In this document: in pieces, positions 1 to 15,074 of the stretch
Numbering within the stretch: position 1 is the stretch's first letter
Layout of the letters: every line of letters begins with the position of its first letter
Assembly (NCBI GenBank): GCA_964016885.1
Contig: OZ024745.1
Span: 50,716,001 to 50,780,000 of the forward strand
DNA from: Eledone cirrhosa
Taxonomy: Eukaryota
DNA: 64,000 bases
Reading direction: 5' to 3'
Translations under genes and position numbers: made by a program
Notes under the pieces: generated by a model
Told to the model about the DNA's origin: nothing
The model's database searches: none
Seen by the model: the letters and a program-made list of their open reading frames with translations, nothing else

Positions 1-367
1 CCCTGTAAAACATGCCCCCATTAGGGTTTCAGTCTCATGACTGAAATTAAAGAAGAAATGAGAGTAAAAGAATATATGTATACTGTGCATATCAAATGCT
101 TACATCGTTCTATATATATATATGAAAAATATGGGGAGAAGAATACTGCATGGTTGCACATGGATTACATGTTATAAAATGAGTCCCTCATCAGTGATTT
201 GCCAACGATCATTGGTACACACACAGATATATATATATAATGTGATATGTGTATATATAATATATATAAATATAATATATATAGATATAATATGTATATA
301 TATATATGATACATATATATTATATGTATATATATAAATACATATTATATATATATACACGCGCACG

Positions 368-410
<43 letters not shown>

Positions 411-1189
411 ACGCACACGCACACGCACCATATAAACATCTGTTAACTATACACCTGGAATATGCACATTAGTATATGAGATGTTTCTTTGTGATGTATT
501 TAATACCATCTTCCCAGAAATCAAGCCGGTCTGTAATTAATAAATTTTTTTTCTTCAAGTCAAGGCGCTTCCAGATATTTGTGAATATATTAGTGAGTTA
601 ATGTATGTATACATGTTACGTAAATATTTGCACACCTGTTAATGTGTGTACAGCTCTGTTTGGTGCAGGACTGTATTTGTGTGTGTTTGAATGCTCTTTA
701 TGTATGTGTGTGCATATAGCAGGAAAACGAAATGGATGATTCTTTAAAATGTTTTATAAATCTTCACTGTACATGAATCGATTGCATTTGGCGGATGCGA
801 ATCAGTTTACTTTGTTTTTAATTGACGAACCCCAGCATTTAGTAACGTTTGTACAAATCTGTTATTATATAGACCAGTGCATCTATGATAAGTACAAACG
901 ACAATCTATGACCTGAATACAAGAGTTGTAATCTTCGCATTAGTTCACCATAAATATCCTTTTTTTGGCACTATTTCAACTTTTGAGATGCAGTGTTTGA
1001 GTAGGTGTATTCACCACGAGAGTTCCTCAGATTTCGAGGTATCTGGGTTTTATGTGAATAACACTTGTGTGTGTGAGTTTAGAAAAGAATATAAAGGTGG
1101 TATCATCTGCGTTGGAGTGATGTTGTTGGAGTTGACGGAAAATAGCTCGTTGATATACAAGAGGAAAAGTGTGGGAGACAATTGTGAAT

Positions 1190-2850
1190 CAAAACTGAAC
1201 CAGTAATAGTATTATCTGAAATGACATGTAGACACCGGCCTAAGAGGTGCAAGATGAATGTGGATCCCATAGCTGTGCAAGTTTGAGAGAAGAGTGTTAT
1301 TAATGACTGTCTCCATCTTCGAGATATTGAAAATGAGTGCGATTGAACGTTAGTTGGTAGGATCAAAGTGTTAGTCTTCTTGTGGATTCGGCGCATTATA
1401 ACATGTTTAAGATATTTTAAGCATATCATTGTGGAGAGAGAGAGAAGGAGATTGAAGAATTTAGTAAGTATAGAAGACAGTACAGGGATGCATTGCTCGA
1501 AGCTAATAGAAGAGATATTGTTAAAGTTGGTGACTCTTTTGGTCTGAAGCATCCTGAAGTAATTTCCCGCATGATGTATTTGTGTGCCATGGGGTGGGGC
1601 TGGGGTCAGTAGATTGGAAAGAGATAGATTTTGAAGAGAGTCATCTTATGTGTGTGCAGTGTAGAGTTAGATGCAAAGCGGATAATGAACAGAGAGGCTT
1701 CTATGTGAGAGTATTGTTCATAGAAGCATTATGAGTGAGAAGTGGAGTAAAGGAGGATTCCACAGAGTAGAGATCCTTTTGGCAAGGAAACAGAATGATT
1801 GACTTCAGTTTAGGAGACAAGAGAGCATGAAGGCTTTGCAGGTGTTTAAATGGTTGTGGCCTCGGGTAACATCTAGCTAATTTGTCGGACTTGATTATTG
1901 TCTACCCGTGTTTTAAGCTGTGTTCTGTGCCTGAATTTCTGCGATGCAGTTAAGAGGGAACTACTTGGGGGAATTGTAGTTTTTGTGTCGGGTGTAGAGG
2001 GGTATGACTAGAAGTATAGTTTCTGTTACTCACCTAACTGTTGCTCTTGGTCGGAGGTGATGTATATATGTTGCTAATTGTAGTTTGCATAGATCTGGTT
2101 GAGATCCAATCAAACAGCTGGCCTGAAATTCTATAAGGACAGGGAAATAGGAAAGGGGCTCAATCGGTTTTGTAGTATGTGGAAGTGTGTTGAGTAGTTA
2201 GATAAAACTATTGGTTGGTTGACTCAACAGTTGCGAAGATAGTTATGACCTGATGATCTAGTAGAAGTTGGGTGGGGCTGGGTTTTGAATTGAGAAATAT
2301 ATGAATGTATTTAGAGAATCTGGGTGTCAGTCAGAAATAATGACCGCAAATGTCTGAGTGTCAACATTGAACTCATCAATGACTTCGGGAGGAGTGAAAT
2401 GAGATCGATGTCCTCAATCTAGATAAAAATATAATCAAAGAGTTGTTACCAGTTCTAGGTGTTCGAAGAGTAGTTGAGGGACATTTTGAGCCAGAGGAGT
2501 TGTTGATATCAAGGTGAGAGAGTTCAGTTTAGCTACATAGCAGCTGTCACCATCTTTCAGAAGTTTGAGTAAAGAATGTAGCCTGGATAGAAGTGATAGA
2601 CGATAGATAAGTGTTAGAAGATTTATGTCTCGGATGTGCAGTTTGTATGTATTAGTAAGAGGTGACATATGAATTTTAGATTAGATCGGAGTCCACGAAT
2701 TTTAGAAGAGAAGTGTGAGAATGGTTAAGTTGATTTAGTTGGTGCCTGGTACCTACAGTGTCAGAGCGACATAGGATCATGATAATCTCCCGCCGGGAGC
2801 ATTTGTCCAATCTCTTAAAGGCATTAAGCGTCGGTTGGTAGAGTTATATG
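1190..2850 (-). mobile_element. Highly degenerate LINE relic (possible APE endonuclease region near 2400-2700)
   Basis: Long non-microsatellite, purine-skewed block with broken minus-strand ORFs and only weak resemblance to an APE N-terminus; no intact motifs. Confidence 0.35.
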
Positions 2851-3117
2851 GTGCCTTAACATATGTCTTCACTATAGGTAGGCATACTTGTATTTATTTC
2901 ATTAAACATACCAATATTATATACCTGACTTATTGTTGGAGCTTCATTTCGGCGCTATCCAGGAATTAGAAATTCTGAATAGTAATGAAAAGAAACCGCA
3001 ACTTCAAATGTGTTTGTGTGTGTATATATATATATATATGTATGTGTATATATGTATGTATACAGTATATATATATATATAAATATATATATGTGTGTGT
3101 ATATATGTATGTATATA

Positions 3118-3170
<53 letters not shown>

Positions 3171-3615
3171 AGCATGGAACACGGACGTTAAACGTTGATG
3201 ATGATGATGATGATGATATATATATATATGTTATTAGAAAGTGAGGTTTTTTTTTTTTACAAAATGAAAAATAACCGAGGTGTCCTACACAAGTGAAAGT
3301 ATAAGGAAAGAAGAAGAAATCGAAAATGCAACTAGAGTCTTTTTTTTTTTTAATATATATTTATTTGGTTCCTTTACCGGTATCGCAGTTCTTCTGCTTT
3401 TCAAAAGTAGAATTGAGATGGAGGGTCTGTGGCTTTTCTCACATCTGGTTGGTCTTTGAATGTTACTTGTTTTATATGGAAAAAAGTGGCTCGAAATAAT
3501 TTGGTTGGTTGGTAAATAAGTATAATAAATTTCGCGCCAGTTCGCGTTACAAAATTCTTCAAACAATATATATATATATATATATACACAGTATATATAT
3601 GTATGTATGTATACA

Positions 3616-3668
<53 letters not shown>

Positions 3669-3935
3669 ATTAATTTAGTGTATTAAGTACATTTTCCCTC
3701 CACTTTGCAAATTCGAACGTGCAAATACACACACACATTCTCTCTCTCTTTCACACACTCACCTACATGCATGTAAGCACATTAATTCATAGTACTAAAC
3801 TGAAATGACTTAACTCGTAGCACGCATGTTCGCAGTTCTTTACACACATACACACATTCATTAACTCGTAGGCACACGCATCAACTCAGAGAAATGAGGC
3901 AAATTGTGTGTGAGCATGAAAGAGAGAAAAGAAGA

Positions 3936-4005
<70 letters not shown>

Positions 4006-4221
4006 TATGTGTGATTGAAGGAGAAAAACGCAGTTAGATGTGAGACAATAATGAGACTTTACTTCCTCCTCAATTGTTCGTATTTTTTCCTCTCTGACTC
4101 CAACTTCGTTAGAACTTTCAGCCATGTTATTTATCTGCGACACATCTCGATGACCGTGACAAATGGTGACAATGGTTCAAAAAAAAGATACGTGCATGCA
4201 TGTATATATATATATATATAT

Positions 4222-4700
4222 GATAACTTTGATAGGTTTCGGCCAGTATTGACCCAGGCTATGTCTAACCTAATAGCACCACTTGGCGAAGTCTTTCAAA
4301 TCAGGATTTGGACACCATGGCCCACACAAATAGAGAGTTATTGTTTTCGGAGACATATCCGGCTGTAAGAGGTTTATGCGGGATTTCTTGGAGGAATTTG
4401 TCCAAAGATATTTTGAATATTATGGGAGCTGTTTCAGATTTAATGTTTTGGTGTAATGTTAAAGGGGCCAGTTGGGGTGAAATAATTGTGCCGTATTGTT
4501 GTTATGAGATGCGAGTTATATTTCTGTTGTGGGTGGATAGCACGGGACACAAGCCTTAGGTGGCTAACATCATTTGGGCAATGTTGAATGGAATATTTTC
4601 TACATCTTGCAGATATATTGTATCTTTGTGTGAGTATGGGTCTGTTTGTAAGTTTACATTCCTCTGTGTAAAATTGTTTAGATTTTATCCGTGCGTGTAC
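4222..4700 (-). mobile_element. CR1/L2-like LINE 3' fragment with 3' terminus
   Basis: Minus-strand translation contains TNRPI (YRPI-like) and the C-terminal FKISLDKFLQEIPHKPLTAGYVSENNNSL. It is followed by a hairpin terminus GGTCAATACTGGCCGAAACCTATC next to (TA)n. The same terminus recurs at ~46966-47022. Confidence 0.65.
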
Positions 4701-5069
4701 GCACACATCTGTACAGACATGTACGTATAGAAATACATACTTCCACTTTTTCCTTTAAACTGTTCGATGTCACGTCTGCTATTAAAGCATAAATACACCA
4801 ATTTTACAAAACTACCTCATTTAAAATAAAACTGACGTTTATGTATGTGTTTTTTCTTCTTTATTTAAGTTCTTCTTCGCAGAAATCAAACCAGCCATTA
4901 AGAAACTGGCAAATGTGTATTTTTTATAGTCACGGCTGTTGCAGGATTTTTGAATATGTAGGTGAGTTAGTGTGTTAATAGGTGCACTCATTTTATGGGC
5001 ATATATGACTCTTTAGTACACGTGTGCGTGTGTGCATGAGTGTAATTGCTCTTTATGTACGTGTAACGC

Positions 5070-5230
5070 CGCAGCAAGGTCTTGCAGTTAAGAAGTTTGC
5101 TTCACAATCATCGGATTTAGAGATAGATCTCTCTGCGCGGCATTTTGGACAAGTGTCTTTTATCAGTTCCGGGTCGATCGAAGTCTTTGAATGAAATCAT
5201 GTTGAAGGAAACTATTTGGAAGTTCATCGC
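5070..5230 (+). mobile_element. Degenerate tRNA-derived SINE
   Basis: A-box-like GCAGTTAAGAAG followed by TTGGACAAGTGTCTTTTATCAGTTCCGGGTCGATC, which resembles SINE central domains. Confidence 0.5.
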
Positions 5231-6109
5231 ATGGATTGTATCCGTAATTCAAAGGACAAGGCTTGTCCAACACTGTGGCACACTGAATCTCTCTGAGAAT
5301 TTTAAGGATTTACGTCTCTTGAATACGCAGCCACTTACACGTAAATTTGAAGAGTAAACCATTCCGAAGATCTAACACTCATTGTAAAAACCGACGGAGA
5401 TCCATGTATGTCTTATAGGTGTGTTCTTAAGAACTAAGCATGTCTGTGATTATGTGCACAAGTGTATTCCAGGATATTAAGATGGAGAATCACAGGAATG
5501 ATTTTTACAAAACTTTACTATGTCACTAATAGATTGGGTTTGAAGGTTTTAAGGCTCTTACAGTGATTGTTTTTACATAGCTCAGTATGTAATCTATGGT
5601 ATTTGGTGCGAATAAATGTCTGTAGTCTGTATACAAGAGCTGTAACTTCCGTATTATTTAACCATAGGCGTTATCTTTTTCCTCACACTTTAGACTATAC
5701 ATTCACATCAGCTAGGCAGTTGACCTCTACAGCAGTGCATTACCTTTGTCCAAAAATCAGGTCAGTTGTAATTTCACGGTATTCACTAATATTTCTTATT
5801 TTTAAAGTTTGAATACATTCTTGTTCTAGTTTGTATTTATTTAGAATTACCATCAAGCCTACGCTGCCGTTAGCATTCTAAATAGTTTGGTAACTGTGGA
5901 TAATGTTACCCATATCAGCTGCTGAGGATATGTGAGACATCGTCCATGATCAACACATTTCTACCACAGAATGTATTGATCAGGTATTTAATAACCATTT
6001 TTTGTTATCGAATAAAGAAGAAATATGCCTTAAGCTGAGATATATTAAAGTTTCAATAGAGGTTACCCTTCCTGAAAATGCTGGTACCCACTACTCAGGC
6101 ATAACTAGA

Positions 6110-6960
6110 GCTATCATTTGAAATCGAGTATGACTTTATAGTATTTACTACTCGTGAGCATGCATAGACACCCTCTCCACCTTCTTTTCTTTGATCCAGT
6201 GGGAGATCTAGGATGTGACAGCCACTTATTCCTTTCACTAATACTGACAATACCAGTATTGATATAGGAGTTGCCAGTAGAGGTTAGTATCACCCTAATC
6301 TGGTTAAGTGTGTGGATTACTTCGTGTGTCCCAAATGCTAGTAGTACTGGCATTGCAAAAGCAATATGAGTTTTGGCCTCCTTGAATATGAATGTTTCCA
6401 TATCATTCAAAGTCTGCTGGAGTATTCATTATCACAAGCTTTACTCAGCGAACTAAGAGTCACTTGTAGAATTTGTCATTGAAGATAATGAAGGTTGGCG
6501 TGCCTTTGATACTCACATTCCTTGTTTGGTCGAGATTTGTTTCTCGTTTAAATAGCAAATGTGAACATCCTATCAAACTCCTAGCCAAATCCCGTAGAAG
6601 TGTTGGGATCGGCTCAAACTTTCTTTTGTCATGGATATTACAGTTTAAGGTATTTGACTAAAAAGTTGTGGCTGATATTTGTTCTCTTTTCTGTAGATCC
6701 TAAGATCCTTTGTATTTCTTCACTGGCTGCACGAAAAGCATTATAGGAAAGCTGTATTCTAGACTATTAACATTCATGGTTTTCCGAATTCTGTTTGTGA
6801 TCGTTCAAGTTTCTTGAGCCTTTAATGATATCTGTGTGGAATATGTATAGATATTAAGAGCCATTTTAATCTGGTGAAGTTCGTCCTCTTAGCACCAGTA
6901 TAGTAGTTTGCTTTTAAGATTGATGTTATTATGTTCTTATCTGTCTTTGAGGTGTTTTAA
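6110..6960 (-). mobile_element. Degenerate R4/Dong-like non-LTR retrotransposon, RT/thumb region
   Basis: AFAMPVLLAFG...IRVILTSTGN...KKRRWRG resembles the R4-type NTFAVPVL...RKIL...RKxGGRGL region. Confidence 0.55.
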
Positions 6961-7125
6961 TTTTGGATTAGATTTATGAGTTTCAGGTCTTTGATAAGAT
7001 ATGAAATATTTGGTGGATAATTTTGCTTGTGGTGGACGTTGTTTCGTTATATATATATGCTCTTATGCTTACATATTTGTATGTATATATATATGTATCT
7101 TTGTACGAATTTATGTATATATATA

Positions 7126-7187
<62 letters not shown>

Positions 7188-7231
7188 TACATATATATGT
7201 ATATATATATATATACACATACATAAAAATA

Positions 7232-7269
<38 letters not shown>

Positions 7270-7658
7270 CACATAAGTATTTATGATATGTATGTGTGTG
7301 AGTGTGTGTCTATAAATGTGATCCGTTCACTTTTGCGTTTATAACGCCAGTCTATGTGATAGCTTTTTTTTTTTATTAATTTATTAACAATGTTTTCGCT
7401 TATATTTTACTTTTTAAAAATACCTTCCATTTAATTTTTATTATATTTAATTATACTATTTTTCTCATCGTGAAATTATGTTATTTTAAGTTTTCATTCG
7501 GGTTTTTAAAACAAATATCTTTAAAATAAAATGTTTTTTTTTGTCAGTTCTAGAAATATTTTGTATTCGTTATGAAGCAAGGAATTTAGTTAAGTTTCAT
7601 ATTTATATATAATGTATGTATGTATGTATGTATGTATGTATGTATGTATGTATGTATG

Positions 7659-8159
7659 TTATCTCTTTCTCTTAATTTGGAGTATATTTTTTTGACCGGC
7701 CACCTTCCTGGTGGCAAGGTTGTAAAAGAAAAGAAATTGTCATCCCTTGAATCGCAAGAATGTTTTGCAAATTTTGAAGGTGCCAGCTATCGCAGCCATT
7801 TGTAGACTATGAATTAGGGAGCTGCGCTTTTTGTGCGCAAATCCAAGTTCAGTCATACTTTGGTCCAAGTGGGTTGGTATATAACCCGTAGCTCCAATAA
7901 TGATGGGTATGAAGCTAAAGGTGTATCTTGGATACTGGATTCTAAACTCCTCATCAATGGTCCGTAGATGTCCTCCTTCTCCTGTATTTTTCTGACAACG
8001 TTTACACCAAGTGGGCAGCTGATCTCCACAACAGAACACGTTTTCAATGTGTGGTCCCAAACAACAATATCAGGCCGGTTGTGCTTTAATTTGGTGGCAG
8101 TTTTTATTTTCAGGTTCCACCAGTATTCCTTAGTGCCATCTGTCTCAATATATTCTTCC
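7659..8159 (-). mobile_element. 5'-truncated R4/Dong-like element: restriction-like endonuclease (RLE) end and 3' UTR
   Basis: EYWWN...KHNRPDIVVWD...VVEISCP...KEDIY, frameshift, then IPIIIGATG...KICKTFL. The 3' UTR has the hairpin GCCACC-AGGAA-GGTGGC. (CATA)n flanks both sides. Confidence 0.85.
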
Positions 8160-8274
8160 TATGTATGTATGTATGTATGTATGTATGTATGTATGTATGT
8201 ATGTATGTATGTATGTATGTATGTATGTATGTATGTATGTATGTATGTATGTATGTATGTATGAATGTATGTAT

Positions 8275-8864
8275 GCTACTGGTAACATGTATCCCAGTAC
8301 AACCTGTCCCATGGTCGGGTCGTTGGCGACTAAACTGGCAACCCCACCAAGGTTTCTTGGTGAGGAGGGTGACTTTGGACATCCTGCAGGACTAAAAACA
8401 AAACCTGTCAAAGGGTAAAGGAGCTCTTAAGAGTCAATGGCCATCCAAAATCACCGGGAGAGATGACCCCCTTAGCTTTTGTCAAGGCAGAATTCTAGGA
8501 GAAGGATATCTCTGATATAACACCTGCAACCCTGATGGTATCCAATGATGTTGACTTGTTCTTCTTTTTGGTAAATATCATCTTGGTTAAGAGAGTGGGA
8601 CTGGCTTTGTGCAGTGCTTTTCTCACTATAAAAGCTTCACGGTACAGGCATTGCTTTATATCTGGAGATCTCTCTGCACTTGTCGTCACATGGTACCATG
8701 GGCCCAGCACTATGTGTCAATAATTGTCACAAGTGTAGTGTTTGTACCAGAGTTTTCAAGTCGCTGGCTGGACTAAAAAGTCACACTCTTTCAGCGCATC
8801 GGTCGGGGTTCTCCTACATGGATATAAAGTAGTGGCCGTACTCGAAAACGAGTTGGCAGCCACC
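8275..8864 (+). mobile_element. ~600-bp non-coding retroposon, copy 1 (TATG-flanked family A)
   Basis: Near-identical to 34699-35302 (-) and 43423-44026 (+). Constant end GTGGCCGTACTCGAAAACGAGTTGGCAGCCACC followed by (ATGT)n; the opposite end varies between copies. Confidence 0.9.
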
Positions 8865-10570
8865 ACTATGTATGTATGTATGTATGTATGTATGTATGTA
8901 TGTATGTATGTATGTATGTATGTATGTATGTATGTATGTATGTATGAATGTATGTATGTTATATATATATATAACATACATTCATGTGTGTATAAGTATA
9001 TATATATACTTTTACACAGTGTGTTCATTGTGTCTAAGAGAATGTTAGAATCAATAAATCGTGTGAAAAATACAAATAAAATCAGTGACTAATCATTGTG
9101 ATTTCCTGCCCATGTCTTTCGTTTCTATCTTAATTCGGTCTTTACAACTCGGAAGGAAATGTAATAGTAGGAGACAGGGGTTGTTTTGCCTTATCATTCT
9201 GTGATACTTTTGTAACAGTCATACACATACGCGAACGCTCGCACGTACACACGTATACATACCGAAACACATGCATTGAGTGCATCAGAGAGTTCATTTA
9301 TCTGAACGCTGATGCGTACTTCCAAATATAATTTTGATATAAAAGGCAGGGATTTTCAAAATCAAATGCGATGTATTGATGATGACAAAAGTATTTTTGA
9401 ATCACACGGTGAAAATTAGTTGGTAGAGTCAGCTTTAGCAGTATTATCCTAATAATTGGTGAGAAACCCCACTTTCTCACCGAACGGGACACCGGTCTAT
9501 TGTAGGAAATTCCTTTGTATAATGAGTACCAATTTTTCATAACAAGATGGAAGCTGGTTCATAGTAATATAATGGTTAATCCTCCTATTATACGATTTGA
9601 AATTGTAATTAGTCCACCAGACAATGTAATCAGAGATGTTCAACTGACTGGAATATTGTAAAATAAACTGTGATATGAAGTTATTTGTTTATCAGTCTGT
9701 GTATTAATGATAGCCTCTGACATGAGCACAAGGCCAGCAATTTTTTGGGGAAGGGAAAGTCGATTACATTGACCTCAGTACTTGACTTGTACTTTATTTC
9801 ATCGATCACAGAAGTATGGAAGGCAAATTTAGCCTCGGTTGGATTTGAACTCAGAATACCATGTATCCTTTTGCCTGATGCACTAACGATTCTGCACTTA
9901 GCCTGTGTATTAATGATTATACTACAAGGCATATCGTCCCTGGTTTAATAATTCTGTCAATCCATCGCCCAGGAGCAGTACTTTATTTATTGGCTCTGAA
10001 ATAATGAAAGCCAAAGTTGACTGCGGCAGATAGCTGGAACAAATACCGCAAGACAAACTTGATATTTCAGGAGCTGGATAATGCAGTTTCGTCAAGTCTC
10101 TTGAGCACAGGTGCAATACCGTGCAGGCGACAGCCTCCGACAATCGATTCTCGCGACTCTAGCAACTCGTTCATCTGCATTTAAATTGAAACCAACAACC
10201 CGCCCTAAACTGCTTCTGCTCCTACTATAAACGTAAGTGTTTATATATAAGTATTATATATAAGTGTTTATATATAAGGTAAAACCGTCCATCAGGATTT
10301 TATATACGTGCTTTTTCGTTATTCTCTAAAGACCAAACATAATGAAAACATTATTTTACTGAAACCTTCAAAATTCATTATTTTTCAAAATTAATTGAAA
10401 CATTCAATGTATTCCATAAGAGATATAGTCACGAAAAGGTTAACTGCATAAATATAACTTCATTACTGAATTAGATGTGACGTATGCTGTCTTTGCATGT
10501 GCATTTGTGGTCGAGTTTGTGTGTGTGTGTGAGAGAGAAAGCGAGCGTGTCTATATATATATATGTGTGT

Positions 10571-10620
<50 letters not shown>

Positions 10621-11862
10621 CCGCGTGTGTGAATTTGTGTGTTTATGTTGTTATATGTTCCCACGATCAGACCTATGATAAAAGCCATTCCAGCTATCTT
10701 TTTTATATGCAGGGTTCCAGGATCACCTTATATGTCATTTTCGTTGGCTGTGTGTTGTGATATGAGGGAAATTTGGCTGCTATTTCTACCAGGTGGATGC
10801 TTATGTACAGGCTCCTCGTTGACACGTGTGTGCATGTGTGTTGAGTGTATATAATCTCGACCCATTTTTTGAGAAAGGTTTTCAGTTCTGTATTGAGACA
10901 GTTAATCATTGATTTTGATAGTTTATTTTCTGAAAACAATTAAAAATAGCTTTACTGTAGAAGCGGTGATGATGTTTCGAGTTACACTTCACAGGTTTAA
11001 CCAACCGACTCTGAAGGAGTAGTTTTATAGTAGGGCTCCGGCTCTATCGTGTTACATTTTCTAATCACTATGAAGTTGTCAAACCATAGGAGGTGATGAG
11101 ATGATTGACTTTACACCAGCTTGCCATAGGAAAGCTACAGATGCAGAGAGGTTAGATTCATCAGTAACCACAGGAGCAGATATATTGAATTTTGAGCGAC
11201 CAAAATAGCTGGTTATAGGAGCAAACGCTCACTTTCAAGCTTTTCCCAGTTTAGTAGAATACATAACATATACTTTTATTTCATCTGCCCAGGAAGAATG
11301 AAAGGTAAAATTGAGCTCGGTGGAATTTAAGCTCATAAAGTAAAGAATGATAACAAGTAATACCAAGTATTTTGTACATGAACTTTATGACTGTAACAAA
11401 ATACGACCGTCATATATATAAATTAAACATGAATTAGTTACAATAAGGTATAAGTATTAATCTTGATCCTGCTTCCTCTACTGTTTCTGCTGTATAGCCT
11501 CAATAATGACAATAACTATGTTTGACGAGATATAAGGTCAATTTCGTTAGAGGAAGAGGATGGGGATTCGATTGAATTATTTACTTTATATTACGTTTGC
11601 TTATATTACTATCTTCTGAAAATTGAAATGCTATATTATCTTCTGTACTATTCGAACTGTGAACAGAAAGTAGAAGGGAGTGAGATAGCTGGAACTGAAC
11701 TAGAAGGTATGTAGGCTGACTCTTTATCACGGCTATAGTAATAATGCGGAAACAGGTCTATTATGTTGAACCCTTTGTTATTTCTTTTTCTACACTTAAA
11801 ACTTAAATGTGTTCCATTTATTTTAATAGTGTCTCTTCAGTTCTCAGTGAAATGTCAGTGTG

Positions 11863-11952
<90 letters not shown>

Positions 11953-14900
11953 AATACAGAAGCAGAAAGAAGCTTCAATTTAAACATAGCGAGATGGGGG
12001 TAGGATACAGGCTTTAGTTAATGGGTTTGAACCAATTTGAACTGGATAAATCAGAGATCATGATAAATACAATAAACCGGATAGGCGCTGTCATCTCGCT
12101 GCTTATTTCTCATGCAACCCTTTTATATTTTAGACAATCAATAACCATTTAGAAAAAAGCAAAGTTTGCTTATATAATCATATGAACAAACCCATGACAT
12201 CATATAGAAAAGTAATCATGGTTTAAAGTCATATCTATGTTCGTACTAACAGACTAACGAATCCAGAAGTGATTATGTATCATCCCAGCTGTACCAATTA
12301 CAAATGGAATGATGAATGCATTTTTTACATACCAGGATGAGTTTATTATTTTTGTAGATAAGTCAGTATAATTTCATGACTTCTAGTCTCATTTCTAAAT
12401 ATTATCAGTCACTGAGTATTGCTATGTCAATTGTACAAAACACTCCTTTCGATTTCGTCATGAAAAACGAATTTGATACTTTATAAGCTCTTCATCAGCT
12501 TGCATGCTATAGCTCTATAAATAATTGATATTTGCATTGTCAAAAACATAGTTAAAGTTGCGTAATACAGCTTCAGAACTGTCTCCAAACTGAAACTGAG
12601 CTGCTTGGATTATATAACTTTTCTAAGTGTTTCCATGTACACATGATGCGGAACGAAGTTGTCTAAGCGATTATAGGGTAACCAGTTCATCAACCTCTAG
12701 TTGAAAACCACCGCAAACGACTAGTTGTACTTCTAAGCAGAATAATTTTGTCTACTTTGTTTGTTTATCTAGCTAATGAGAACGGACAGCACGTCATCTG
12801 CGACTGTCGTCAGCAAATAGAATAGAAGAATTATTATATTCGCTTGATGCCATAAAAAATAGAGCTAACACCAACGGTGTTTTTGGAGGTATAAGATCCC
12901 AATCGATGGCACAATTAATAAGGTGGCGAAATAACTTTGCTTTTTATTGTTCTGGAGGCGATAAAATAAATTACCAATCAAGTACTCGATTGACAGAAAA
13001 GGGGCAGAGGATTAGCAGCGATTGGTCGAATTGATAGTGGTGAGCAAAATGTCATGTGATATTTAGTTATTGCAATTTAGAGTTAAAATGCGGTATAAGT
13101 TGAATTTGCCTTTCATATATACGGGGTTGATAAAGTAATATACCAGTCAAGTACAGCATGTAAAAAATATTACTATTGATGTTGTTAAGGCAGTGGATGT
13201 AATATTTGGTGGAGCATACTTCCAGATCAATAAACTTAACTATACGTTTCCTCTTGTGCCTCTATTAGAAATGACTTTTATTAATGATATTTTTAAATTC
13301 TGATTAAAGTAGAGGAAATTTACAATATCAAAATCTTCCCGTAATTCTAAGAATAGATTTGTTGTTTCAATCTCTCTCTTTACTCTACACTTCATATCGT
13401 AATTCTCCTATCATTACAGGTACAGTTTGTGAGTTCATATTTCGAACTTTACTGATAATCATTGAATATGGGCACATCTTTGGCACATTAATGTCTGAAA
13501 ACTATACGTGTAAGCTTTGCCTGGAATTTCTCCGATTTTCCTCTGTTTTTACATCTCTTTTTATCTACAGGGACTATATTTGAGTCCACATTTCAAATGT
13601 TACGTATTTCTAGTTCCAGAATTTTCTATTACTTTTTTTAAAGAATTAATTTACTGAGATGTTATTGTCTGGTAGGCACATCATATCAGTAAGTGTCTTG
13701 GATATATAATTTTTATAATGATATCAACGGTGTTTCCATCGTATCTGTATATATTTTCAAATTCCAAAGAATCATGTCATTTTCATTCTCCCCTGCGGTT
13801 TTGGATATGCTTGGGCCGCTTTTCTGCTATCGCGCTTTCATTTGGTTACATATTTTTCAGTAGCTTAATTCCAAAGAAAAAAAATCCTCATATCAGATCC
13901 TGTTATTTTTGTTTATGTTACTGTTGTTGTTATTGTTTCAGGTGTATCTAGGATTACATTATAGAAAATATTTTTTCTGTTATGTACGTATCCAGCCTAC
14001 TTGTAGAGGATGTAAAAATTATCTCTAATTGCAGGAGGTACCTTTATTCATTCTACTAAGGGAGTTTACATAGTATACGTTACCTTTCAGGAGGTCTGAT
14101 GAGAAGTTTGTTAGTTTTATTCTTTTGCTATCTATATTTGGATACTGTCGAAACTGCTACAGTGTTTATTACTATCAAATATTTGTCCGATATTGTTTTT
14201 TTTCATTTTAGCATATTGTATTTTTGTTACTTTCATTAGTTTTCAGATATTTCCGTACATCTTTTGTTCTTGATTCTTTTATTGCAGTACTGATTTCCTT
14301 GTTATTTAGTATTCATTGATTTGGTCAGTCGACTATCATTAAATGTGACTCTGCTACATCTGTCAAGCCTGAACTCCATTTAGCTGTCGGAGTTAGAGTA
14401 TTTTACAATAGGGAAAATATTTTCCAACGGTATCTTTGAATTAGCATTCAGTTTGCAGATCTTGGTCCAGCAAACCTTGTAGCAAATTTCTTTTTTGTTG
14501 TTTAGCTCCAGGGCAGCCCCTATCAAGCAGCCCTAAAATTACAAACATTCCAGCCTTGACTAGTCTGTCTTTTTGTATATCTAAGACTAAATTGTCCAAC
14601 GTACCATTCCTATTTTATGACAAAAAGGTGTGATTTGAGGGAATCTGGTTGCTATTTCTAACAGGTCAAATTACCTTGTATAATTTAGGGCTATACTTAT
14701 TGAGGCTCGAGCCAAATAGAAAATAATTGGAGAGAACGAATCTACCTAATATATTCTAGTTGACATCATTCTTTTTCTATTTGCGCTTGCTAGTTTTTAT
14801 GGATGACTGGTGATAATTTTCACATCTTCATTACTTAAAAAATCTGAGTGCAACGCACTATCATAACGTCTTTCGTTATTTATTCAAAATGCTAGAACAT

Positions 14901-15037
14901 ATTGCGATAAAATTTAACGACTTGTTTCAAAGTTATTTGTCATTGCAGGACCAATATTAATCATTATCAATTAGACCATATTGTTGCTTTTGTGTCTCAT
15001 ATTCACGAGGGGTTGTTTTTAGGCAATGAACAAGTGT

Positions 15038-15074
<37 letters not shown>

